DNA from: Selaginella moellendorffii
Taxonomy: Eukaryota; Plantae; Lycopodiophyta
Reading direction: 5' to 3'
DNA: 64,000 bases
Assembly (NCBI RefSeq): GCF_000143415.4
Contig: NW_003314306.1
Location: 1,431,129 to 1,495,128 of the forward strand
Positions 1-12,041 of this stretch are shown one piece after another. How positions within the stretch are numbered: position 1 is the stretch's first letter; each line of letters starts with the position of its first letter. The position numbers were made by a program, and so were the translations under genes. The notes beneath the pieces were generated by a model, which had not been told where the DNA came from, did no database searches, and worked only from the letters and a program-made list of their open reading frames with translations.

Positions 1-798
1 CATGGAGACATTGAGAGAGACTTTCTCTTGCCTTCCAGCACGCCATCCATCCATCCAAAACTTGTCTGACAATGGTGGTCCGGGAGAGACGAATCAAGCA
101 AAGAAAACCCACAAAATTAAGCAAAAACAGCGCACTAGGAGCGTCATAAACGCAAGCAGGGAAGCAATCGATCGTGACTTCAATGAATAAAATTCAAGCC
201 ACGGACCCACAAGGACGCAGAAAGAATCCACAGCCTCACAGCCAAATTCAGATGATCCACAGCAAGCAAAGACAATCCATGAGACAAAGAAGAAAAGAAC
301 ACTCTAAAGAACAGGGAGGGGAATTAGATCGCCCACCTCTTGCCTTGTCTCTCTTAAGTAACCGAAATGATGATGACGATGATTGATGGTGGTCTCCATT
401 GTTTACTCCAATTTGTCTAATGGTTGCCACGAATTCGATGACACGGGATCTGATCCAAGAAAGAAAGTTGCGTGAAAGAGAAAAAGAAAGGATCGGGATC
501 ATCAGGCGCAAGAACACGACAAACCAGAGCAATGCACAAAAGGCGAACCTTAAAAGGAAAAAACCGCGATGACTCTCTTTCCACAGACAAACACCACATC
601 TATAGCTCGTGAAGAGCGCGAGCGAATTTCCCTGAGGATCTTTTCCGAAGACTAAACAACGCACTGAAAAGAGAAAGCTTCCAATGCCATCAATCCGGAG
701 GAGCCAAATTCCCCTCCCCTGATCTACGCTAGGCGGCGGACCTTCTTTCCTTTCTACCAAAAAAGAAAGACGAAGAAATCCTCTACTCCAGCCTCCAA

Positions 799-801
<3 letters not shown>

Positions 802-826
<25 letters not shown>
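802..826. repeat. (CT)n microsatellite
   Basis: Direct CT dinucleotide run just downstream of the F-box gene stop. Confidence 0.9.
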
Positions 827-829
<3 letters not shown>

Positions 830-902
830 TGATCAGATACTTCGCTCGATCTAGCAAAGAAGAAGCGAAATTCCACACCTGCATCACCGATCGGAGCTGG
901 AA

Positions 903-2105
903 TCACGCCTTCATGACCGCGCAATTGTAGACGAAGTTGTCGCCGACGGGGCTCGCCTCCGCGACGCGCCGCCACAGCACGCCGCCGGATCGCGCCGGGC
1001 GGCACGCATCGATGAACGGCACATCCAGCTCGGAGCCGCCGATGAGCCACACCTCCTCCCCGACGCCCTTAAACCCTAGCCCCCATCCATGGGACTCGGC
1101 ATTTGCCCGCCGCCCCGCCGCCGCATCCAGCACCGTCCACCTCCCGCCAAACTTCTCATACCTCTTCAACAGACCGTTGGGATGATCCCACGCGTACAGC
1201 ACGTCGCCCACCACCGCCACTAGCGGCGGCGCCACCGAGCCTCTAAACCGCGACACGCTACTCTCCGGCCAAAGCCCCGGTATGACCGTCCACCGCCGAG
1301 TCCTGGGATCGAACCGCTCACCTGCCGTGACCGGCTGATCTCGGCCGTCCGTCCCCCCAATCACGTAAAAGCAGCCGTCCATCACGAACCCCGAGCACTC
1401 CTTCCGCGCGGTATGCATGGGCGGTAGCGCGCGCCAGCGCCCGGCGCCGCTGCAGTACACCTCCGCGTCGCGCAGCGGCGTGCTGGTCCCAAACCCCGCG
1501 CCGCCGGCCACGTACGCCATGCCGCCGAAGCTGGCGGACGCGAACTGGCACCGCGGCGTCGTCATGGGCGGCGCCGCAGACCACTCGTTGCGGTCCGCGC
1601 GGTACCGCCAGATGACCGGGTGCATCCGGAAGTTGTAGAACGAGGGCCCGACCACCAGGAGCTCCCGCCCGGCCACGAAGCACTCCTTATCGTTGTCCGT
1701 GAAGATCTGGTCCGCGGGAAAGGCCGGGAGGCGATGCCAGGCCATGAGAATTGGATCCAGCGCGAAGAAGGGGCCGCCCATGGCGAGCGTGATGTAGAGC
1801 CAGGGCTCCGAGATGCCGTCGTTGGATCGGATGGAGAAGATTTGGTCGGGGCGGAGGGCTTGATTCCACTGGCGCGAGACGAGGCGGAGGCGGGGGTAGA
1901 GTCCGCGCGGTACGCGCGCGAGGCAGCTCTGCGCCACGCCGCGCGGTAGCCCGGGGATCAGTGCCTGGTCTCGATCGGGCTCCTCGTCGGAGGACATTCT
2001 TTCTTGTTCTTCGTGCTCGTGAGCAAAAACCCTAAACCCTATTTCCTCCCCCGATCTTCCTCTGGGCGCGGCAAATCCATCGCTATACCCAGCGCCCTGA
2101 TCCAT
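903..2105 (-). CDS. F-box/kelch-repeat protein (single exon, ~400 aa)
   Basis: F-box motif LIPGLPRGVAQSCLARVPR...LRLVSRQW followed by kelch repeats (PPMTTPRCQFASA..AYVAGG, LPPMHTARKECSGFVMDGCFYVIGG, GERFDPRTRRW). The true start could be the downstream Met (MSSDEEP). Confidence 0.93.
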   Translation of the reverse strand: MDQGAGYSDGFAAPRGRSGEEIGFRVFAHEHEEQERMSSDEEPDRDQALIPGLPRGVAQSCLARVPRGLYPRLRLVSRQWNQALRPDQIFSIRSNDGISEPWLYITLAMGGPFFALDPILMAWHRLPAFPADQIFTDNDKECFVAGRELLVVGPSFYNFRMHPVIWRYRADRNEWSAAPPMTTPRCQFASASFGGMAYVAGGAGFGTSTPLRDAEVYCSGAGRWRALPPMHTARKECSGFVMDGCFYVIGGTDGRDQPVTAGERFDPRTRRWTVIPGLWPESSVSRFRGSVAPPLVAVVGDVLYAWDHPNGLLKRYEKFGGRWTVLDAAAGRRANAESHGWGLGFKGVGEEVWLIGGSELDVPFIDACRPARSGGVLWRRVAEASPVGDNFVYNCAVMKA

Positions 2106-3628
2106 CTGGAAGCTCTCCTCCCGGGCGATCCATCAGTCCGCGCGAGAATCTCGAGAAAAGAATGAATCGATCGATCCGATAGCTAGCTACCTACATTCTT
2201 GGCGTAGATTGCTCGCTTCACTTCCCAGATCTGCGCGATCGCTGCGAGAAAACAGGGGAGGGAGAAAAGAGTATGCCCAAAAGAAAAGTATAGCGGTCGA
2301 CAGATCGTAGTACCCGGACTCCAGAGCTTAGGAAAAAGAAAAGAAGAGAGGAAGAAATTTAAAACACTGGCAAGATCCACTGCTGGGCTTGATTGATCAA
2401 GACGAGAGAACCAATCACTCGAGGATGCATAGAGGAGCCAGGAAGAACACCAAGACCAGAAGAAAAAAACTGGAGCGAGAGGAAAAAATCTCTTTCGCTC
2501 TTCTACTGTAGCTCCTGCTGCTGCTGCCGTCAATCTACCAATCTATCAAAATCTTAGCCCTGGTCCCCCTATCAAATCATTTTTTGGATGAGTCTCTGTG
2601 TTCTTCGTCTTCATGCTAGCAGTAGCGAGCGCGATTTCTTCCGGAATCGCGGCGGCCAGATTGGATTGGCTTTGCTCCCGTGCCCCAGACAATCTGGGCA
2701 AGCAAGAACGCGGCCGGAATTGGAGCTGCCGCTGTGCCTCCTGGCTCCAAACAAAATCTGTGCAGCGCGGGGAGCGAGCACAGCCCAGCCACTTGCCCTG
2801 CGCGTCTTGTGTGTGCTTTGCCGTGCCGTGCAAAGCAGAGGGCGCGAAAGGATAGAGGAGAGATTTGAGGAGGAAGAAGAGGCAGCCCTATAGCTAGCCA
2901 GTCTCGATTCACGAGCGAGCAGCGAAAGAAAGAGGAGAGAGAGAAAGAAAGAAAGAAAGCGCGAGAAATGCAATTGGGGGCAAGGAAATCCCTAAAATCT
3001 CTGGTACCGCGCTGCTCTGCTACTGCGCAGCTATCCAATCCATCCCTGCGCTGCTACTACCGCGGTACTGGCAGCACTGCACTGCGCCTGCTGTACAATC
3101 GCCCTGGCTGCCGCCGCCGCCGCCAATCTGCGAGAAAAGGAGCACAAGCTTAAATAAATGCCCAGACTCCCTGTTTGCCCTAAAAACAGGGGACCAATTT
3201 TGCCCTAAAAGCAGGGGAATTCCAATGTTCTCTTTCCCTCTTCTTTGGCAATCCAGATAGAAATGGTTTTCTGCAATTTAGTCCAGATAGAATTTCTTTG
3301 GCAATCCAGAAATGGTTCTCTTTTCTTAGATCCAAATGGTTATCTTTCCTTCTTCTTTGGAAATCTACCAAATCTTTTGCGCAAATGCTTTGATCGATTT
3401 TCTTTTCGCTCCATCTAGTCCTGGACTCCACATTGAATGCGCGGTGTTAAAACCTTTTAACAGCAATGGCTAGAGCGGCATGAAAATCAAAATACCCGTC
3501 GCTAGTCTCTCTCGGTTCATGTGTACTGCGATGTCCCTCGCGCTGCGAAAATTTCCACCATTATAATCACCATTTGGAGCGATGATAGTTGCGGTCACAC
3601 TCACCTCTCGAGTCGAGCAGCGCAGCGC

Positions 3629-3652
3629 GGTGGTGGTGGTGGTGGTGGTGGT
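3629..3652. repeat. (GGT)n microsatellite
   Basis: Direct GGT trinucleotide run. Confidence 0.85.
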
Positions 3653-4116
3653 GACAAAAAAACTCTCAGCTCCATCTCCACAGCTCCAGTGCTCCAGGCA
3701 CAGTCTTTTCACCTCCCTGATTGGTTTTTACTCCTTGTTTAATCCTCGAGTGGAGAAAGAGAAGATCGATCCCTGTGGAGAAGTCAAAGCGGAGCTCGTC
3801 AAACTGGGCGAGACTACGAATGCGAATTTAAGCTGGGAGTGTGTCGCAGTTATGAGCACATACCTGTGGAGCGCAAGAATGTCCTCTCAAGGCTCCCCCT
3901 CTGAGATGCTGTCGCCGGCTAAGCCAGCAAGCCCCGGATAGCGACCCTCGTCGTCGGCGACGGCTCCAAAATTCCACATTGCGAGTTCCAAGTTTTCCAA
4001 GTTCCAGCCATCCGGTCCGGTCGAGAAGAAAGCAAAGCGTCTCTCTCTCTCTCTCTCTCCTCCGGCTACCTGTGTATACGCCCAAGTTAATACGTCACTC
4101 AATCGAGCGAGAAAAC

Positions 4117-4148
<32 letters not shown>

Positions 4149-5892
4149 TGAAAAACGAGAAAAATTCTCACGCACCGCAGCTTTGATGCCAGAAAAATCT
4201 CTCTTTTGATCTTTTCATCCTTGATATCCTTTCGTCTTCCCTGCCATTTTCAACCACATGTCGAAAGATTTCGAAAGCAAAAATCGGAGATTCTTACGGA
4301 GAGTCGTGAGTGTTGAGGCGTACCAGCACCACCACTACTGAGCAGCAGCACACAGCGAGGCGTGTTTCCCAGCTATTATGTTGTTTGTCCGAATGACTCC
4401 AACTTTTTTGGAATCAGGAACGCACGCAGATGACAAGGCTGGGTGTCGAATCTCAGTCGTGTTGTTGTGTGTGTCGAGCTGGTCTGGTCCGTCCATGATA
4501 ATGGAGGAGACTTGGAGGAAAAAGATGAGAGCTTCCCGGTTTGACTTGCCTGGCCAAAGAAGAAAGTTAGATAGATGGAGAGATAGAAAGCGTGCAGGCA
4601 GAGCTATGAGCTACTGCGACAGTAATCAAGACACATATACATACGTGTAGCGTGTTCCAGATAACAAGACTTCCTTTCTCGTCAAGGAGCTCTGCCCAAG
4701 GCCCGAGTTAAAGGGCGCCCTCTATCAAATCAGCAGCTGTGAGTGTGTGGAGCATCTCCAGGAAAAATCAAAAGGGAATTTTTCTTACTTGGTGATGAGG
4801 TAAAAGCGAAGCTATGAGGAGTTTACCTGGGGAAAGGACGGAATTTTTTGTCATCCGGACAAAGCATTTGTACTTTTGACTTGGATAGATTTCCTGGACT
4901 GCCAAAACATTTGTCCAAATTCTAGAAATAAAGGATGGAATGTTTTGCTGCTTACACGAAAATGTGATGCGGTCCGAGAAAGCCGTGACGACGAAACGCA
5001 CGAAAGCTGACATTCGTGGCATGACTTAAGCTTATCCAGCCTCGGAAACACAAGAAACGTTTTTGTTGCTCTTGGAGATAGAATTTCCATGGCTGGATTT
5101 CAACTAGAAAGAAAAACAAGTCAGAATCAAGAGAACCTCACGGAAACGAACAAAGGTGTCCTTACTCCAAGAGAGATATGAAAAGATGTGCTGGAGATGC
5201 AACCACTACAGCGTCATGTGTGCACAAGTCCAAAGGAGAGCCATCGTGATCGACTGGAATTCTTGATCAGACCATATCTTTTGGTTATAAGATCCACTGC
5301 AGAAGAAAACAAGTTCGTCAAACTTTCAAGAGAAGAAAAAAGTACTGCATAAAAGGCATCGCGACTCGTCTGGAAAGAAGCATCCCAAGTCTCATAAAAA
5401 ATTTCCAATCCTCAAGAAAACAGTAGATTCTTACCATAAGCTCGTCATACTTTGGAAGTTTTTATACGGTGATGTCTGGAACACAAAACGAAATAAAAGG
5501 AGTCACGCAAACAGAGAACTGTGATTCTAAGTTCGCTCGAAAGAAATTTATAGAGACTCACCACTATAGGTAGCACGCTCAACGCTCTTAATCTACAAGA
5601 TGTTCAAAGGAAACTAGAAGTTAGCATCAGCCGAGAATTCCTTCTTCGATCTAGCTTGATCTAGAGGAAAAGTTCTAAGGATCTCGAAAGAAATTTAAAG
5701 GAACTCACCTATAACAAAGGAAAGAAATTTGTATAATTCAAACGCTAAGCTCACACCAGCTAGAGAGAAAATCCCTTCTTCTATTTAGATTCTAGCTTGA
5801 TTTCTAGAGGAAGATCTCCAGAACCTACTCACCTCTTCCATCAGCAAGGATCTACCCGCATTTCCTCCCTTACCTATTTTTGCGGGCTAAAA

Positions 5893-5908
5893 AACCCTAA
5901 ACCCTAAA
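5893..5908 (+). promoter_or_regulatory. Tandem telo-box (AAACCCTAAACCCTAA) immediately upstream of the lumazine synthase ATG
   Basis: Two overlapping AAACCCTA units 3 nt before the ATG at 5912. The telo-box is a known plant promoter/5'UTR element. Confidence 0.6.
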
Positions 5909-5911
5909 AAG

Positions 5912-6965
5912 ATGGATGCCTTGCGAGCTCCTCCTATTGTTGGATGCCCATGCCCGACGCCAACGATCGAGAACTCGCCGCCATCTCTTGCATCGCTCAG
6001 CCGGATTGGATGCAAATTTCCGCGTCTAGGTACTGCGCTGTGGAAATCCTGGCTGATTCTGGCTTGTAGAGATCAGCAGTGTGAGATCTAGATGGAGCAG
6101 CGCCCGGATCCATGCCGTCGCCAAGGTGAAGGAGATCGAGGGCTCCATTCTCGCCGCTGATGGCCTTCGATTCGCTGTGGTGAGTAGAAATTTTTCTCTT
6201 TGGTTTGTTCCTTTCGTGATTGATCGTGTGTCACTCCAGGTTGCTGCTCGATTCAATGATATAATCACAAAGCCTTTGGTGGCTGGAGCGCTAGAAGCTT
6301 TCCATAGGTACTCCGTCAAGGAAGAACACATCGAGGTAAAGGGCTCGTGGTCGTTTTTTTTTAGTTTTTCTTTTCTTTGTTCTTCAGGTGTTCTGGGTTC
6401 CTGGAAGTTTTGAAGTTCCTATCGTCGCACAGACTCTAGGAAAATCGGGGAAATTCGATGCAGTAGTCTGCATTGGTGCTATTGTAAGTGCGATTTCTTC
6501 TCCTCGTCTCCTCTTGATTTTTCTTCTTCGTTTTTTCGAAGGTGAGAGGTGCTACAAGCCACTACGACGCTGTGGCGAATTCTGCTGCGTCGGGAGTTAT
6601 GTCGGCATCGCTGAATTCCGGTACTCAATCCTTGGTTTTTCTCTCATAGTTTTTTGTTGTTTTTTTTTTTTTTTTTGCTCAGGAGTTCCATGCGTTTTTG
6701 GTATTCTAACTTGCGACTCCATGGATCAGGTTTGTCTAGAATTCTTTATCTCAATTCACCAGGAACAATCTCACTATCTCTGCAGGCGTTTGATCGCGCC
6801 GGTGGCAAAGTTGGGAACAAAGGAGGCGAAGCTGCCATCGCGGCGGTGAGTAATTCATTCATTCATCGCTAAACTAGATCTTTCTTGACAATCTTTTCCG
6901 TGTAGATCGAAATGGCATCGCTGCTCAAGCATCACGTCCACAAAAAACTTGTAAGGAGTGCTTGA
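5912..6965 (+). CDS. ribH: 6,7-dimethyl-8-ribityllumazine synthase, plastid-targeted (8 exons)
   Basis: Manual splicing at GT-AG introns gives a transit-like N-terminus, then [23 protein letters not shown]...[11 protein letters not shown]...[24 protein letters not shown]...[42 protein letters not shown], which is canonical RibH. Stop TGA at 6963-6965. Confidence 0.95.
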
Positions 6966-7081
6966 AGATATCAAGTCTAGCTTCCATTTTTCTTTACCAC
7001 GGATAAAATCATGGATCTTTTTCCGAAGTCTTCGCTAAAACTTGATCAAAGGTTTTATGATAACAATGAAGCGCTAAAAGG

Positions 7082-7097
7082 TCTGCCACGTGGCAGA
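7082..7097. promoter_or_regulatory. Perfect 16-bp palindromic G-box/ABRE (TCTGCCACGTGGCAGA) upstream of the GST-hemerythrin gene
   Basis: Palindrome read directly. A second ACGT core (GCCACGTT) lies ~20 bp downstream. Confidence 0.55.
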
Positions 7098-7398
7098 AAT
7101 GGCTGTGCCACGTTGTGGTGATCCTAACCGTCGAATTTGCTAGGGTCGCAACTGACGGTGGATGTTTGTTCGCTCGCCCGCCCTTCTTTCTTCAATGCGC
7201 AGCAAGAATCACTTTTGCGGTGGTGGTAGCGGTGGCGATCATGGATGATGAATCATCGCGGGGATTTCACGCTTCTAGGGTAGGAGGAGGAGGAAGAAGA
7301 AGAAAGAGGAGGAGGCGCGGTGCCTTGAAGAGGATTCTCTTGCGGCAGCGAGCAAATCGGCCCAAGACTCGAGGCGATGACTACGGGTGAGGGATCTT

Positions 7399-9260
7399 GA
7401 TGCGAAATATCATGCCCTGGGGAAGGATCGCATCGATCGCCACGCTCTCGCGCTCACCCTCCTCGTCGGCGCCGATCGAGATGGGTGCGTGCTTCTCAAG
7501 AACAGAATGCCCTTGCGAGGCGAGGAGGAATTCATCGGTGGCGCCAGCGGCGGAGATCTCCGGCAGCACGCATTTCGTGCGCCTGTCCGGGCTCGCGATC
7601 TCGCCTTTCACTGCGAGGGTCCGGATCGCATTGCAGTTCAAGGGGATCCAGCCGGATCTAGTGGAGCCGCAGTTGCAAGATCCATCGGCTTGGCTGGATT
7701 TCGAGAGGTTTCCAGTGCTGGAGCATGGATCGGACACGATCTCGGGCTCATCGGACGCGATCCTTGACTACATTGACAGGAAGTTCAAGCAGCCGCCTCT
7801 AATCCCATCGTGGAAGCTCAAGAAAAAGATCCGGCAGTGGATTGCATTCGTGAGGGACGTTTTCACTCCTCTGGTCCTGGAGGCCTGGAAGAACAAGGAT
7901 CTGAGGCTGGACAACGATTTCCACGCGAAGTTCTCCGCGGCATTTGGGAAGCTCAACGCTGGGATCGCCGAGAATTCCAGTGGGGGGAAGTTCTTCATGG
8001 GTGCAGCCATGACAATGGTGGACGTGTACCTGGTTCCATTCCTGGAGCTTGTGGAGCCTCTCAAGTTCTTGCATGGGATCAACGTTGGCGACGAGAACAC
8101 GAAGCTAGCGGATTATATCCGCGAGATGGGAAGCTTTCCGAGCTATTCTCCAGTCTCGGCAGACAAGGCAACGCTCCATGGCTTCGCTTGCAAAGAGCTC
8201 GAGGATCGCTCGCAGGGCGCTCCAGCAGTCGCTTACACCGTGCTCCAACACTTGAGTATAGTCCGCCACCTTGAGAGGCTTGTGGACGTTTCGGACGGGG
8301 TCAGAGATTTCTACCACGGCCAGGGGAAATCTAAGCAGAAGAAGAAGTCTAAGCCTCAGGTGGCGCAAAGGGGCTCAACGATGATTCAAGTTGGCATCGC
8401 CACCAAGCTCAAAAATGCTGCCAGGGACTACGATCGATTGCTGGCCTTGATGCAAGAGCACGCTCAGATGGAGGAGAAGGTCATTTTCCCCGCGCTTGAG
8501 AAAGCCGAACGAGGTGCGTATCGTGTGTTTCAGCTGAATGTGAGCGCTAGGAAGTTTTACTTGAGAGATCTTCCCACTTGCATTTGCAGATGGAAAGACT
8601 TTTGAGAGTTTGGCACAGTTTTGTCCGGTACTAGAACTTTTCTCGAGGTTCTGCTGTTAGCTCTTCATCGATGTTCTTACAATTTTGTTGGTTCGACTTT
8701 GAGCAGGGGTGACGAAATTTGCAAATGAGGATCACGCGAGAGATTTTCCGATGATGAACGGCGTCCGAGAAGACATCAAGACTGTGATGGTTTTAGAGCA
8801 AGGCAGTTTCTCGCACATTGAAGCTTTAAGTGCTCTCGCAGACAAGCTGCGGACTCTCAAGGTAATTGTTTTGTTCGCAGTTTTTTCTTCGTTTTAGAGC
8901 TGATTCAGTTTTCTCCAGGGTTCGACAGTGAAACATTTCCTTGACGAGGAGAGAGAGCTGTTGCCGTCGCTGGAGGTTGCCGGTGTGGATGCTAGGAAGC
9001 AGGAACTTTTAATGGCTGACGGGCTAAGCTTGATGGGAGCCTCTCATTCACATCTCCTCCCCTACTTGCTCTCCGCGCTGCTGCCCCACGAGATTCATCA
9101 GTACATGGTATTGCTGCAGAGATCGTTCAGAGAGCAGCAGGGCAAAGTGGAAAGGGTCGTGACCATTCTTCGCTCTGACGACGAGTTTCAAGGCGTATGG
9201 CAAATCGTGCAAGACAGAGTTCCACTTGTGGCCGCTGATTCTGTTGTCGCGAGTCCTTGA
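7399..9260 (+). CDS. Hemerythrin-class glutathione transferase (GST-N + GST-C + HHE/hemerythrin domain), 3 exons
   Basis: GST-N (SPFTARVRIALQFKGI...FPVLEHGSDTISGSSDAILDYID), GST-C (FFMGAAMTMVDVYLVPFL) and hemerythrin motifs (LQHLSIVRH, MQEHAQMEEKVIFPALE, NEDHARDFPMMN, KHFLDEERELLP). Introns 8514-8706 and 8862-8918 keep the frame. The exact start Met is uncertain. Confidence 0.88.
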
Positions 9261-12041
9261 ACCCTCTTCAGAACAGGTTCGGCTTTCTCCCATTTTGTTT
9301 TCTTCCCTTCGCAGCTTTTCTGCCTGTCGTGGTGTGTGTCGTCGTGAAGTTTTTTGTGTAGAGTTATCGCCCATGCAGGTGTTTGTTTCGTTTTCTCAGA
9401 GTCTTTTCAGTCCACGGCTTCGTTCTCTCAGAGTTTCACCGCGGAGGGACTGGTCAGTTGTCTTGCTTGAGGCTTGGAGTTCTTTCCTCGGGAACTTTGG
9501 CAGGCTTTCTTTCCGTGCCTGGGTTATTTTGTGGCGTCGTTCATCAAGACCACCACCACCGCTTGCTTGCATCGTCGACTCGTCGTGCGGTGTGTGATGG
9601 TGGTCGTTATTGATCGACCACCTACAGGCTACAGAAATGAATTCAGGATTTCTCGGGTTTTCATGGGAAGCATCCAAGCTTGCTAGCTATTTGCTGGGAA
9701 GCGTCTTAATTTGTGTGTCGGGACCACCCACAGATCTGGCTGGCTGGGCTGTGGGATGAGTTGGTTTTTCAGCTTCTTTGTGCTGCGAAGAACAGAGGAT
9801 CCGACAAACGAGAGGCCGTAGCAATCGCCCAAGTCAGAAATAAGGTGGGAATTTATTGACTGATTGCTCTAAGCACTGCATCACTTTTGGGAAAATCTCT
9901 CCAGGTGGCGGAATGTCGCGAGTGTGATCCTTTTGGAGCTTCTGTTGTGAGCTTTTGGAGGCGAGTGAAATGTGTATGTACATTCTCTAATGTCCCATAG
10001 GGATTATACAAAACCTTACAAGCAAAATTGTTTGAGGCACGAAAAATTTGGTGTTACTCGTGGTCAAGTGACTTCTATGTGAAACTAGAGCCACCCATTG
10101 GTGAGTTCCATGAACTTTGGAGAAGTTTGCTCTTACCCTCGCTTTCATCTTTTGAAATGGTTCTTCTCTATATGTGATTTAGGTGGTGGTGACTGCTGCA
10201 AGAGAAGAGATGGGTCATGGGTGTCAAGAAAAAAGGGAAAGGCGGTCAGAGAAAGAGAAAGAGAAGCAGGTAGAGCAGCCTTTGGGGCGCTGTTTTCTTG
10301 CTCCAGAGCCAAATGTATATAAGTTTTTCTGCCCTAATTGCAACTGCCTAAATGTTTTTAAAAATGACGAATATTCTTACAAATTATGCTCTGTGAAGCC
10401 CTAAAAACAGGGGATGCGTGTAGCTCGCGGCATTTGTTCGTTTTCGTCGTGCAAATGTAAGAATTGATGCCGGGGGATTGTTGGATCATCCGCGGCGTTA
10501 TTTACACGGAAGATTGATGAATCGGCGATGATGGGGAGAAAAAAATCCACTATCCAGCTACGAACCAATTAATTTCGCCCATGCGCTATTTTGCCCTCTC
10601 TCTGTCTCCCTCTGCCCTAAAGGTGGATTCCCTACCAAGTTTCGCGCATTCATTCGGCTGGCTGCCACGTGGACGCCTGGGATGAATGGGTCCCATGGCC
10701 ATAGCATGGTCATGCTGATGGTGGTTGGCTTCCACGATCGAATGAGCCCATGACGTGGACTGGTCCGGCTGCCGTACTTATACCCCGTTCGTTTTTACCA
10801 GTCTGGTAGGAGTCGTTTTCACACCGGCGGCGTTTATATTATGGAGCGCGGGTGTTTTAACAGCTTCCATTAATGGCTGTTAAAAGAGGGTAAAAAATGC
10901 TAATTTTTTAACCATTTTAGCCGACGTGGCTGCCATCATGCCCATGTCATGTATGTGTATGGGCATGTGTATGTATGTATTTTATTTTTTATCGTAGCTA
11001 GGAGGTTTGGCTATGGCGGAAGGCGCAAGATTGAAAGAAAAGAGAGATAGATGCCGCCGACGATCCAACAATGAGTCTCTGCTAGATGATGGCGTGGTGT
11101 AGAAGCTCCTCCTTCTCGATTGACTGATGGATTGATCTCACCGCCTTGTTGCGCTCTCTCTTTCTCCCTCTCGCTCTCACAGAAATCTTTCGCTTTCTTT
11201 GATGTTTTGTGGCTGATTCATGGCCGCTGCCGCAAGAAATCCTCGATTGAGTGGACCCAGGCCGCTAAAGATCGAATCAATTGCGCGCGGCACCAGGCTT
11301 GCTTCCAGATTCATCCACCAGTCGATCGAGTGATCGCTCGTTCTTCAAATACTCGCCTCCTTCCCCGCTGCCAGGGAGTAGACGAGCATCGCAAGAAAGA
11401 ACAGGGGACCCTCCCATCGCTGTTCTTGCCGATATTCTTTCTTTCTTTCTTGTTCTTGTTCTTGGAGTTCTTGGTGCTCAATCCGGGCGCGTTCTAGAGG
11501 GTTTTTTCTTTTTCCTTGCGACAAAGACAAGGAAGAATCGGTGACATTCCAACAACCAAGCTGGAAATCCCGGCGGTCGACGGCGTCGGCTCCAGGTATG
11601 TAATCGCTCCCTCCAATTCGCTCTTCTACCTGCATTCTCGCCAATCTTCCAAGATCGCTGTTCTTGAGCGTTTCCTCGGCAATCTCTTAAGGAATCGCGA
11701 AAATCTTCTCTCTTTCTCCCAATTCTCGCGTGATTCTACGTTCTTCGCTGGCTGGCTGACACACGAAGCAATGAGGATCTTGGTCTGGTTTCGTGGCTCT
11801 TCTTCCAAATTAAAGCTGTCAGTAGCGATCTCCTTGCGCTGGAATTGGATTTGTTTGCGAGCAATTCATAGCTTGGATTTCTTGTCCCATCCATTGCTGT
11901 CCTTGGCTTCTTCCTTCTCTTTCTTTCTCTCTTTTTGTTTATATCATTCCTTTGTTCTTGAGAACTACTATGTAGATTCTAGAATGGAAGAAAAGTCTCT
12001 AACTCGATCGATCCATCGCTTCCAGGCCGTGGGCGGGCTAC

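Noticed and set aside
1-760. Minus-strand 170-aa ORF or start of the next gene
   Set aside because: Composition resembles UTR or intron; the CAT at positions 1-3 cannot be evaluated at the window edge.
937-1949. Overlapping ORFs on and opposite the F-box gene
   Set aside because: Shadow ORFs of GC-rich coding sequence.
2183-4250. ORFs upstream of the F-box gene as genes or conserved uORFs
   Set aside because: Low-complexity GA/CT- and GGT-rich leader-like DNA with no recognisable motif; conservation could not be tested.
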